64,000 nucleotides of DNA, from NCBI GenBank assembly GCA_964361495.1, contig CAYIAH010000001.1, positions 1,057-65,056 of the forward strand, in the 5' to 3' direction. The notes below the pieces were generated by a model. The model made no database searches. It worked only from the letters and a program-made list of their open reading frames with translations, and was not told where the DNA came from. This DNA comes from an uncultured Candidatus Saccharibacteria bacterium (GTDB lineage: Bacteria; Patescibacteriota; Minisyncoccia; Sungbacterales; HO2-52-23). Positions 37,063 to 47,054 of the stretch are shown piece by piece (within the stretch, counting starts at the first letter, position 1; every line of letters begins with the position of its first letter). The position numbers and the translations under genes are program-made.

Positions 37063-38814
37063 TTAAACGGACTCACCGCTCAATTGTTTGAGTCGCATGA
37101 TTTGACGCATCAGCTCCTCGCGATCCCAAAAAAGTTGCTTACATATATCCGTGTCCGGTATGAGTCGCTCATCAGTGCATTCCATAAGTGCTACGAGAAT
37201 CTGGAGTTTTCGTTGCACAACGGGGTCTGCGGGATGAAAGACGCGCACCTCCTCAAGCAATATCTCTGGATTAAGTTTTTCCATGCCAGCTGAAGTTTTT
37301 GCTTCCTCAAGCTGTTCAATGAGAAGGTCAAAATCTGCCGGATAGTAGGATTCAGTGAGTTCAAGCACTTCCTTTTTTTGTTCACCTTCGATCGCAAGAG
37401 AAAAATGCTCTAACAGAACATGATCGACAAATGCCTCACGTTCTTCGGGGGTTTCTGGCGCAAATACTGGATAATGGCGTCCCGCCCTTCCGGAACGCTT
37501 TATATCCGACTCAAGCTTGTCCGGTCGCGCCGTAATCAAAATCCAGCAGACACGCCCTTTATTTCTTTTATCTTCCATCATGCGCAAAATCTTTCCAAAC
37601 AGCCGTTTATCAACTTCGTGTACCTCACGTCCACGCCCGCCCAGTTCCGTATCACCCTCGTCCACCATAATGATGACGCGGCCGATTGCTTCGATGATTT
37701 CTTCAATAATCTCCCAGATTCGTTCCGTCTCTCCGTACCACATGCTTCGAAGATTTTTGAGTCGCACCACATGCCAACCAGTCTCTTTTGCAAATGCTTT
37801 CATAATAAAGCTTTTGCCGCTGCCGTTTGGGCCCGGGACAAGAATACCGTGAGGAATTGCGGCTGTATTTCCTGATCGAAACAAAGCGGCGAGGCGCTTC
37901 AGATGCGCAACCAATCGTTTCTGGCCCACGATTCGTTGAAACCCGTAATCGGATTCAACAAATTCCACATAGCCGCCGATGGATTGTTCAAGGATCTCCC
38001 GTGCGCGTTCATGCGCGGCATCTCGAGTCAACGCCGGAGGATCACCCTTTTCGGTATCCGTGCGGAATGCCGCAGTGCGAAGAAATTGACGAATGTCGTA
38101 TAGCGTAAGACCAGCTGTTGCTTCAGTAAGCTCGTCTGTGCTCGCTGCGACGCCGCTCTTCAACATATCTTCTGTGTAATGAACAAGAAATACTTTTCTC
38201 AACGCCGCATCCGGCCGCGGAATCTTAATGGGCGTAATATGCGGCAGATTTTTTATTGCCGCATTCACGGCCTCAACGCTTTCACTGATCATGATCAGTG
38301 CATGACGCGAGTTGAGAAAATCTTCTGATGTGCACCACTTCTGAAGAAATTGAATGCACCGGCGATCATTTTCGGACAGGTGTGCTTCACTCTGTGCGGG
38401 CGCCACGGTGTTAATCTCACTCATGATGAAAACCAGTTTTCGGTCGTAAGAGGACTGCTGTATACGTGCAGTGATATCTTTTGCAAGTGTCAACATTGCA
38501 AAAACTGAAGTTGCGCTTTCCTTATAGAGCTTCTCAAAAACATCCTTCTGTCTCTTGAAAAGTTCACTCAAAAAGTTGAATGCAGTATGGGAATCAGGAT
38601 GCAGTATCGTAAGCCCGCTCGACAAATCAAGATGAAGAAGCATCCTATCCGGTGCCGCGCATTCTTGAACCAAAAGAGACACCAAAGGAACCCATCGTTC
38701 ATCAAGTGCGAAAAAAAGATCATGGACATTTCCGTGAAGCAAGAATATATTTCCTGCCCGTGCGCCGTAACTCAAATTCATCTTCTTAAGAAAGCTGGGT
38801 GCAGGTACTATCAT
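37063..38814 (-). CDS. Classical-clade AAA+ ATPase: a roughly 300-aa N-terminal degenerate AAA-like domain plus an active AAA domain
   Basis: Walker A GPNGSGKS, Walker B VIIMVDEGD, and the classical-AAA second region of homology ITARPDKLESDIKRSGRAGRH (compare TNRPDxLDxALLRPGRFDR). The N-terminal half has P-loop-like NIFLLHGNVHDLF and LVFIMSE but no intact Walker motifs. Confidence 0.8.
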   Translation of the reverse strand: MIVPAPSFLKKMNLSYGARAGNIFLLHGNVHDLFFALDERWVPLVSLLVQECAAPDRMLLHLDLSSGLTILHPDSHTAFNFLSELFKRQKDVFEKLYKESATSVFAMLTLAKDITARIQQSSYDRKLVFIMSEINTVAPAQSEAHLSENDRRCIQFLQKWCTSEDFLNSRHALIMISESVEAVNAAIKNLPHITPIKIPRPDAALRKVFLVHYTEDMLKSGVAASTDELTEATAGLTLYDIRQFLRTAAFRTDTEKGDPPALTRDAAHERAREILEQSIGGYVEFVESDYGFQRIVGQKRLVAHLKRLAALFRSGNTAAIPHGILVPGPNGSGKSFIMKAFAKETGWHVVRLKNLRSMWYGETERIWEIIEEIIEAIGRVIIMVDEGDTELGGRGREVHEVDKRLFGKILRMMEDKRNKGRVCWILITARPDKLESDIKRSGRAGRHYPVFAPETPEEREAFVDHVLLEHFSLAIEGEQKKEVLELTESYYPADFDLLIEQLEEAKTSAGMEKLNPEILLEEVRVFHPADPVVQRKLQILVALMECTDERLIPDTDICKQLFWDREELMRQIMRLKQLSGESV

Positions 38815-38857
38815 CCTATCCGCTCCTTTTCTGATTGTCCTCTCTTGTTTTGAAAAA

Positions 38858-38880
38858 GACCAGTCGTTTCCCGACTGGTC
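38858..38880 (-). terminator. Minus-strand rho-independent terminator (GACCAGTCG tttcc CGACTGGTC plus T-rich tail) after the 149-aa gene
   Basis: Perfect 9-bp stem, followed on the minus strand by TTTTTCAAAAC. Confidence 0.5.
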
Positions 38881-38889
38881 ATGCCCTGT

Positions 38890-39339
38890 TTAATCTTCGG
38901 TTTCAAACCAATAAACGAGACGCGGGACGCCTATCCCTGATTCACTGATCTTCGCCACTTCAGAAACTACTGTTTTGAATATGAGCGCGCATGCGCCAAC
39001 TGCTGTTGTCGCCGAACCCTCGACAAAGATAGCCGCGGACCATGCCATGAGTATATAGAGCTCCTCAAGTGTGAGCCATGAACTTGAGTAGCCGTCAGAA
39101 CTCCATGTCGCGCGTATCTCTCTTCCCCGCAAACTCAAATTCCTAGGGAGTCCACGCGGTGCAGATGGAAGGAATTTCGTCAGTGTGGAGCGACTTTTTT
39201 CTTCTTCATAGAAGCCGTGGAGACCAACAGTCACTGCGAGGAAATTAATCATTCCTGCCAGATCCACGCCCTTGTGATAGTGCGCAACGTTCCGCGTATC
39301 CTCGTACTCAATAAACCCTCGTACATGTGTGATCATCAT
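38890..39339 (-). CDS. Hypothetical protein (149 aa), translationally coupled to the upstream coiled-coil gene
   Basis: ORF track. Start overlaps the upstream stop at 39339. No recognisable motif. Confidence 0.4.
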   Translation of the reverse strand: MMITHVRGFIEYEDTRNVAHYHKGVDLAGMINFLAVTVGLHGFYEEEKSRSTLTKFLPSAPRGLPRNLSLRGREIRATWSSDGYSSSWLTLEELYILMAWSAAIFVEGSATTAVGACALIFKTVVSEVAKISESGIGVPRLVYWFETED

Positions 39340-40175
39340 TAGCTCCTTTTGGTGAGTGTTTCGGGCATCGTTGCCGAAGGCGGAACTGCCTCTTTCGCGG
39401 CACGACGTGCCGCAAGTTCTACCTTGAGTCGTTCTGCTGCGCTTCGTTCCCGTGCTTTACGATCGTATTTATCTACTGCGGGGCTTGTGGCGCCTGCGTA
39501 TTCTTCCACGACTTTTCCGCGTTCAACTTTCTCCTCAAGATATTTGTCAGCTTCCTGCTCCAGCGCATCCACGCTTGTTTCAGCGCTCAAGGAAAGATGG
39601 CTCATGCGGCTCGCGCGTTCCTCGCGAAGATGCGCCACGTCATGCCGAAGCGCGCCGAGTTGTTTCTCCATGTTGGTCTTCTGGATTCTGTCGGCGATTT
39701 CCGCGATATAGGGCGCGACTTGTTCAATCTCCTGCTGGAGCGCCGTGAGCTCTTCCTCGAGAAACGCTTGCTGGCTTTTGACCTGTGCGAGCTCCCGTTC
39801 GGTCCTGTCATACGCGCTCACTGCTTGGGAATACTCTTGAGTTCCTTCAGAGAGTTTTTCAAAATCCATCATGATCGTTTCTTTCCTCTGAATCAGGAGA
39901 TCCTCCTTGCCTTCGAGCGCGGCATGCTGACTTTGCAGCCGTTTCAATTCGGTGCGTTGAGCCGCGAGGGTATCGATGGCCGCTTTCTGCTGACCTTTCA
40001 ACTGTTCAATTTTTGCCTCCTTGATGTCAATGTATCCCTGTTTACTCTGAACCATCCGGCGCTCCCAGATCCGGAGAAATCCGGTCCAGCGAACCCATGC
40101 AGTGCCAAAAATTTGCGGCCGCGCAAGGGTCACGAGAAAGGCGACTCCAAAAACGATTCCCCCGACAATAAGCAT
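39339..40175 (-). CDS. Membrane-anchored coiled-coil protein; possible PspA/IM30/ESCRT-III-like
   Basis: One N-terminal TM (LIVGGIVFGVAFLVTLA), then about 240 aa of heptad-patterned, E/K/R/Q-rich helix. Size and composition fit PspA/Vipp1, but there is no direct motif proof. GGAGGG RBS 8 nt upstream. Confidence 0.4.
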   Translation of the reverse strand: MLIVGGIVFGVAFLVTLARPQIFGTAWVRWTGFLRIWERRMVQSKQGYIDIKEAKIEQLKGQQKAAIDTLAAQRTELKRLQSQHAALEGKEDLLIQRKETIMMDFEKLSEGTQEYSQAVSAYDRTERELAQVKSQQAFLEEELTALQQEIEQVAPYIAEIADRIQKTNMEKQLGALRHDVAHLREERASRMSHLSLSAETSVDALEQEADKYLEEKVERGKVVEEYAGATSPAVDKYDRKARERSAAERLKVELAARRAAKEAVPPSATMPETLTKRS

Positions 40176-40262
40176 GGCTTCTACCCTCCTTTTCAGCGAT
40201 TCGAATTGTTAACTGATATGCGGGTTGTCAACGTACCATTCCACGGGTAGCAGAAACCATTT

Positions 40263-40295
40263 ATCCTGTCAAGACCGTTCTATCCTTGACAGGAT
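40263..40295. promoter_or_regulatory. Perfect 11-bp inverted repeat ATCCTGTCAAG-N11-CTTGACAGGAT in a divergent promoter region; overlaps a -35-like TTGACA (40286-40291) with AATACT 17 bp downstream
   Basis: Read directly. Sits between the divergent starts at 40175 (-) and 40405 (+). Confidence 0.5.
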
Positions 40296-40404
40296 TTCCG
40301 TTATATGCAATACTTTTTTAAGAAAAAAATGATAGTCAGGGCTGCTCGGCGAGCTCTTTGATAACATACAAGTACTAATACGCAAACAGAAGAAAGGAGA
40401 TAAG

Positions 40405-41166
40405 ATGCCGCGGCTTTTGAGCTATAGTATGCTTCGGTATCGTCTTTTCGCAGGCCTCTGCGGCTATGTGTTCAATAAAGGAGTCGGAGGGCCGTTACTT
40501 GCCGTAGGAGTCATTGGCGCGGGAGTTGCGGGCGGAATTTTCGGTCTCGTCAGCATCAGCCTCCTTATCATCGCGATGTGTACAGGAGCGTTCTTGCTTA
40601 CAGTCATGGAGGCCTTAGGCAATCGGGAACTCTCTAAACAGCTCATCCGTGAATTTCTCGAAAGACGAATCTATCAATCAATGAAGATAGATACGAAACG
40701 AAGCAGTGCATATGCGGTGGAAATCATAATGAAAATTATGGACACCGCACGTGTACACGGAAAAGACATAGAACTCCTGCGAATGCTCACCGAGACGGAC
40801 CGCATGCTTTTATTGCAGACTCAATCAATCCGCCAAATTGAAGACCTGGAACGGATCATTGATCTTGTGGGAACCGCAAAGAAGAGGACACGCGATGACA
40901 GAACTGCGGCATTACGCAACGAAAACTTTGAACGAATCAAGAAGAGCATGGAAGAAATCACTATATCAGTGATGGAAATCGAAGGTGCTCTTGAAACGCT
41001 TCTTCTCCAAGTCGCGCAGATGGAGCAGAAGGCGAGCGATCTCGTCGAAAAAGAACAGCTCGCCCATGAAGCCCTGGAGACACTCAAAAGCCTTCAGGCG
41101 GTCGTGAATGCGCGGCACGAAACCGCGCAAGAATTGGTACGAACGTTCGTGCCTAACCGTGCCTGA
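40405..41166 (+). CDS. Membrane protein (two N-terminal TM helices) with a cytoplasmic coiled-coil domain
   Basis: Gly/Ala/Val-rich TM hairpin, then about 170 aa of charged helical sequence. AAAGGAG RBS. Confidence 0.45.
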   Translation: MPRLLSYSMLRYRLFAGLCGYVFNKGVGGPLLAVGVIGAGVAGGIFGLVSISLLIIAMCTGAFLLTVMEALGNRELSKQLIREFLERRIYQSMKIDTKRSSAYAVEIIMKIMDTARVHGKDIELLRMLTETDRMLLLQTQSIRQIEDLERIIDLVGTAKKRTRDDRTAALRNENFERIKKSMEEITISVMEIEGALETLLLQVAQMEQKASDLVEKEQLAHEALETLKSLQAVVNARHETAQELVRTFVPNRA

Positions 41167-41197
41167 CAAGAAGAAACAAGAAAGGAGAAAACTTCAA

Positions 41198-43027
41198 ATG
41201 GAAGGAAGACATTGGCTTTGGATCAGCGTGGTCTTCGTCGTCGTGATTATCGCGGTCATGACTGCTCGATCATTGGTCTCCACGAATCAACAGCAGCAGG
41301 CGCCGACAAGTAGCAATGGGGCCAGTGTTACAGAGACGAAACCCCAGAGTTCTATCGCAACGCCATCACCGCGTCCGGGGTCGGTAAAACCCATCACGAT
41401 CTCCATCGCAAGTTCCAATACCAAACAGGATTGGCTCCGCGAAGCAGTGGAGAAATTTAATACTGCATCGATGAGCGAGACGCGTCTTCAAGTAAACGGA
41501 GTCCCGATCAATGTTGAAGTTCTTAAGGAAATAATCGACGGGAAACCAGTGGACTATCGTTCTGGTACCATGGTGTCCGACACCATCAAAGGCAAGATTA
41601 AACCTACCATCCTGTCTCCGGGCGAAGAATCGTGGTTGGAGAAATTTAAAAAGGATTGGCAGATCACCCACGGTTCGTCAGCGCTTCGCGGAGACGCGCC
41701 GGTGCTGGTGCGCACGCCCCTCGCTGTTGCAATGTGGCAATCACGGGCAAAAGCGCTTGGATGCTGGCCTGAAGCGAATCCGGAATGCACATGGGGAAAG
41801 ATTAGGGCGCTCGCAGAACACCCTGATGGCTGGAAATCCCTCGGGAGGCCCGAGTGGGGAAAATTCAAATTCGGCTATGGATACTTCGGAGAGTCCAACT
41901 CCGGAACGCTCGGCATCATCTCGATGTGTATGGCGGGCGTCAAGAAAACAAAAGGCCTTGCGTTGAACGATGTCGATCCCAAGAACGGCTGCGGCGCATT
42001 TATCGCGGGGATCGAGAGAGGCAAGGTCCATTCTGGAAAATCGGATGTGTGGCTTCTCGAACGCATGCGACACGGGGGGCCTGAATACCTCGACGCGGTG
42101 ATTACGTATGAGTCAAACGTAATCCTGATGAATAGAAAATACGGACAGGAATTACGAGAGTCGCTTGTAGCCGCATATCCGCAGGATGGAACGGTCGTCG
42201 TTGGACATCCGTTCGGTGTACTCGGTAATGCGCCGTGGGTCACGCCGGATCAGAGCACAGCCGCAGGGATTTTCAGAGAATTCCTTCTCGCCCATGAGCA
42301 GCAAGAATTGGTGCTCAACGTAGGCCTGCGCCCCGCAGACCCAAAAGTAAAGCTCGGCGCGCCAATTGAACACAGCATGGGTGCGAATCCAAATGCACGA
42401 CTCAATATACTTGAAGTTCCGGATACGCTCGTTATTGAGCGAATCTCGGAGGTATGGCATACCAATAAAAAGAAATCAGTGATCGCGCTTCCATTCGACA
42501 AATCAGGCAGCATGGCAGGGAAAAAAATTGCCGCCGCGATCAAGGGCGCCCAAGAATTTGTGCGCTCAATGGATTCCGAGGACACGCTCATATGGATTCC
42601 CTTTGACAACAACATCTATACGGGAAAAGCGCGGGGAACGAAAGCCGCGATCGGGGAGTCGCTCGTGGAAGAAATTGGTGCGACCGGTGCAGGCGGAGGC
42701 ACGTCGCTCTACGATGCAGTATTTGCCTCAATGGAAGAACTCGAGGCGCTCCGGAAAAAATATCAGGATACGGTTCGGTATGGGATTGTCGTTCTCTCTG
42801 ACGGGGAGGACACCACAAGTTCCCGAAAGCTCACGCAGCTTGAAGAAAAACTCAAACCTGCGGAACACGATCCGCGGGGCGTGCAGATTCACACGATCTG
42901 CATTGGAACTGACTGTAACGAGTTCGTGCTTAAAAAAATCGCTGCCGTGGCCCATGGAAAATTCCTAAAGGGCAATAGCGCAGAAGACATGATACGGGTA
43001 TACAAAGACATCGCGGCTCATTACTAA
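41198..43027 (+). CDS. Membrane-anchored protein with a periplasmic-binding-protein-like region and a C-terminal von Willebrand factor A domain
   Basis: Signal anchor WLWISVVFVVVIIAVM. vWA MIDAS motif DKSGSMAG ... TSLYDA ... LSDGEDT. Start moved to ATG 41198 with an AAAGGAG RBS. Confidence 0.7.
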   Translation: MEGRHWLWISVVFVVVIIAVMTARSLVSTNQQQQAPTSSNGASVTETKPQSSIATPSPRPGSVKPITISIASSNTKQDWLREAVEKFNTASMSETRLQVNGVPINVEVLKEIIDGKPVDYRSGTMVSDTIKGKIKPTILSPGEESWLEKFKKDWQITHGSSALRGDAPVLVRTPLAVAMWQSRAKALGCWPEANPECTWGKIRALAEHPDGWKSLGRPEWGKFKFGYGYFGESNSGTLGIISMCMAGVKKTKGLALNDVDPKNGCGAFIAGIERGKVHSGKSDVWLLERMRHGGPEYLDAVITYESNVILMNRKYGQELRESLVAAYPQDGTVVVGHPFGVLGNAPWVTPDQSTAAGIFREFLLAHEQQELVLNVGLRPADPKVKLGAPIEHSMGANPNARLNILEVPDTLVIERISEVWHTNKKKSVIALPFDKSGSMAGKKIAAAIKGAQEFVRSMDSEDTLIWIPFDNNIYTGKARGTKAAIGESLVEEIGATGAGGGTSLYDAVFASMEELEALRKKYQDTVRYGIVVLSDGEDTTSSRKLTQLEEKLKPAEHDPRGVQIHTICIGTDCNEFVLKKIAAVAHGKFLKGNSAEDMIRVYKDIAAHY

Positions 43028-43047
43028 CAAGATCGAACAGGCATAGG

Positions 43048-43080
43048 AAGTCCGAGGAGACAATCTTCGGACTTTTTTAA
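43048..43080 (+). terminator. Rho-independent terminator (AAGTCCGAGG...CTTCGGACTT plus TTTTTT) after the vWA gene
   Basis: 8-9 bp GC-containing stem followed by a T6 run. Confidence 0.6.
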
Positions 43081-43156
43081 TTGTCGTTTTTAAGATGGAT
43101 TCCAGTTATTGCGCGCCGGACCACTTATAGGTATAGTGCAGAATAGTAAATAGTAT

Positions 43157-44707
43157 ATGAAAAAGGATTTTATTATCGAACAACTGCGTAAAGAAATTGA
43201 GGGGGCGCGGGTTGAGATTAAAGCAGAAAAAATAGGTCGGGTGCTTGAGGTGGGCGACGGGATTGCGCGGATTTCCGGATTGTCCGGAGTCGGCTCGCAA
43301 GAAATGCTTGAATTTGAAACCGGCGAGGAGACGAGCGCGGGTATCGCGTTTAATCTCGAAGAGGATAGCGTGGGCGCAATAATCCTTACGGCACAGGAGC
43401 GCATCCGCGAGAACACGCTCGTCCGCCCCACCGGACGCGTGCTTTCCATACGGGCTGGAGAAGAGCTTCTCGGACGTATCATTGATGTTCTCGGAGGGCC
43501 GCTCGACGACGCCGGGCCCATATTCACCGACGAGACAAGCGGATCCTGGTATCCCGTCGAGCGGCGCGCGCCGCCGGTTACGGCACGCGAACCCGTCAAC
43601 GTTCCGCTTCATACCGGCATCATGGCAATTGACAGCATGATTCCCATAGGCCGGGGCCAGCGCGAACTTATCATCGGCGACCGCCAAACCGGAAAAACAT
43701 CTCTCGTTATTGACACCATCATCAATCAGGGACGCGACACGGGGCGCCCGACGCCCGTGTGCATTTACGTCGCCATCGGCCAAAAGCAATCAAAAGTCGC
43801 GAAACTTATTGCGACCCTCAAAGAGGCAGATGCAATGCGATACACCATTGTAATCTCTGCGTCCGCATCAACTTCGGCATCGCGCTGGTATCTTGCTCCG
43901 TATAGCGGCGCGGCAATCGGCGAATATTTTATGGATCAGGGAAGAGACGCGCTCGTCATTTATGACGATCTTTCCAAACATGCATGGGCATATCGCGAGT
44001 TGTCGCTGCTCCTTCGCCGGCCGCCGGGCCGGGAAGCATATCCGGGCGATATTTTCTATCTTCACTCGCGACTGCTTGAGCGCGCCTCAAAGCTCAATAA
44101 AGAAGCGGGGGGCGGGTCGCTCACCGCACTCCCGATTGTGGAGACGCAACTCGGCGATGTCTCCGCATACATTCCAACCAACATTATTTCAATCACCGAC
44201 GGACAGATTTATCTCGAACCCGAACTTTTTTATCAGGGCGTGCGGCCTGCGGTCAACGTCGGTCTTTCGGTATCACGCGTCGGGTCTGCCGCGCAGACGA
44301 AAGCAATGAAAAAAGTGGCGGGACGACTGCGGCTTGAACTCGCGCAATTCCGTGAACTTGCCGCATTCGTGCAGTTTGCGTCTGAACTTGACGAGGGTAC
44401 GCGCCGCCGGATTGAACGCGGCCGCATACTCACCGAACTTTTGAAACAAAGCGAGCGAGCGCCCATTCCGTTTGAAGAGCAGGCAGTCCTTATTTTTGCC
44501 GCGACACAAGGATATTTTGACGACATTCCCGCAGGCAGCATGGGTATACTCGCCGCGTCCCTCCGACAATATCTCAATAAATTGCATCGCGAGACCGTGC
44601 TTAATCCGATCAGAAAATCCGGCGATCTTTCTGATGCGGCAGAGCGACAGCTGCGCGCCGCGCTTGAAACCTTCAAAAAACTTTCTATGGAGATTCCTCC
44701 AAGTTAA
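43157..44707 (+). CDS. atpA: F0F1 ATP synthase subunit alpha
   Basis: P-loop [15 protein letters not shown]-equivalent region. Highly conserved throughout. Confidence 0.95.
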   Translation: MKKDFIIEQLRKEIEGARVEIKAEKIGRVLEVGDGIARISGLSGVGSQEMLEFETGEETSAGIAFNLEEDSVGAIILTAQERIRENTLVRPTGRVLSIRAGEELLGRIIDVLGGPLDDAGPIFTDETSGSWYPVERRAPPVTAREPVNVPLHTGIMAIDSMIPIGRGQRELIIGDRQTGKTSLVIDTIINQGRDTGRPTPVCIYVAIGQKQSKVAKLIATLKEADAMRYTIVISASASTSASRWYLAPYSGAAIGEYFMDQGRDALVIYDDLSKHAWAYRELSLLLRRPPGREAYPGDIFYLHSRLLERASKLNKEAGGGSLTALPIVETQLGDVSAYIPTNIISITDGQIYLEPELFYQGVRPAVNVGLSVSRVGSAAQTKAMKKVAGRLRLELAQFRELAAFVQFASELDEGTRRRIERGRILTELLKQSERAPIPFEEQAVLIFAATQGYFDDIPAGSMGILAASLRQYLNKLHRETVLNPIRKSGDLSDAAERQLRAALETFKKLSMEIPPS

Positions 44708-44711
44708 AAAT

Positions 44712-45653
44712 ATGGCGTCACGAAAATCAATTATGCGGCGCATCAAGTCGATCAAAAGCACATCGCAGATTACCAAAGCGATGGAAGTGGTTTCCGCAAC
44801 TAAAATGCGCCGCTCCCAAGAGTTTGCTCTTCACGCGCGCCCATATGCGAAAGCGGCGCTTGAACTGCTCCGGAATCTCTTGCAGCGCACGCCCGATCAC
44901 CTTCTTCCTCCGGTCTTAAAGCCGCGTGAGATCAAGCGGTTTTCGCTTCTCGTCATCACTTCTGACAAAGGACTTGCGGGAGCATTCAACGCCAATGTCC
45001 TGCGTAAAGCAACGCAGTGGCTCTCCGGACAATCTATAGACATCGCAAAACCATATATTATCACCGTGGGGAAAAAGGCGAAAGAATATTTCCAGCGCCG
45101 CGGGGAATCGGTTGCCGAAAGCTTCTGGGGATACGGCGACTATACGACCTTAGCCGAGACCGCCGGAATCGCCGACACAGTTATCAAAGGATTTCTGGAC
45201 CGCTCTTGGGATGAGGCGTATGCGGTCTATACCAATTTCCGCACCACGCTTCTTCAGGAAGCCGTTATAAAAAAAATTCTGCCGGCGACGCCCACAGGAC
45301 TGCAAGAAGCGGTCCAAAGCATTCTGCCCGAACGAGGACGCTTTGCAGAATCTCAAGCTCCGAATTCCGGTCTCCGGGCTCCCGCCTATCAGTATGAATA
45401 CAAATTTGAACCCTCAAGCGCAGAAATTCTTGATGCGCTTGTCCCCGAATTAATCAGGATGCATATTCATCATATCATTCTTGAGTCCAATGCGTCGGAG
45501 CACTCCGCACGAATGGTTGCCATGAAAAATGCGTCGGATAATGCACGGGAATTGATTTCAAAGCTCGCGATTGAATACAATAAACTCCGTCAGGCGGGGA
45601 TCACCAGAGAACTCGCGGAAATCACCGCGGGAAAAGAAGCGCTTGAGGAATAA
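44712..45653 (+). CDS. atpG: F0F1 ATP synthase subunit gamma
   Basis: N-terminal IKSIKSTSQITKAMEVVSATKMRRSQE and the C-terminal helix. Start moved from the track's 44472 to ATG 44712. Confidence 0.85.
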   Translation: MASRKSIMRRIKSIKSTSQITKAMEVVSATKMRRSQEFALHARPYAKAALELLRNLLQRTPDHLLPPVLKPREIKRFSLLVITSDKGLAGAFNANVLRKATQWLSGQSIDIAKPYIITVGKKAKEYFQRRGESVAESFWGYGDYTTLAETAGIADTVIKGFLDRSWDEAYAVYTNFRTTLLQEAVIKKILPATPTGLQEAVQSILPERGRFAESQAPNSGLRAPAYQYEYKFEPSSAEILDALVPELIRMHIHHIILESNASEHSARMVAMKNASDNARELISKLAIEYNKLRQAGITRELAEITAGKEALEE

Positions 45654-47030
<1,377 letters not shown>

Positions 47031-47054
47031 GGGATCATTTAATTAATAATCTTT

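Noticed and set aside
39339-40175. Assigning the coiled-coil protein to LemA, EzrA, DivIVA or TelA families
   Set aside because: LemA motifs are absent. The size does not fit EzrA (about 560 aa). DivIVA and TelA lack an N-terminal TM. PspA/IM30-like remains the best but unproven guess.
47031-47054. Search for an atpC (epsilon) ORF after atpD
   Set aside because: Only 24 nt separate atpD and pyrG. No small ORF was found in any frame, so atpC is absent from this locus.
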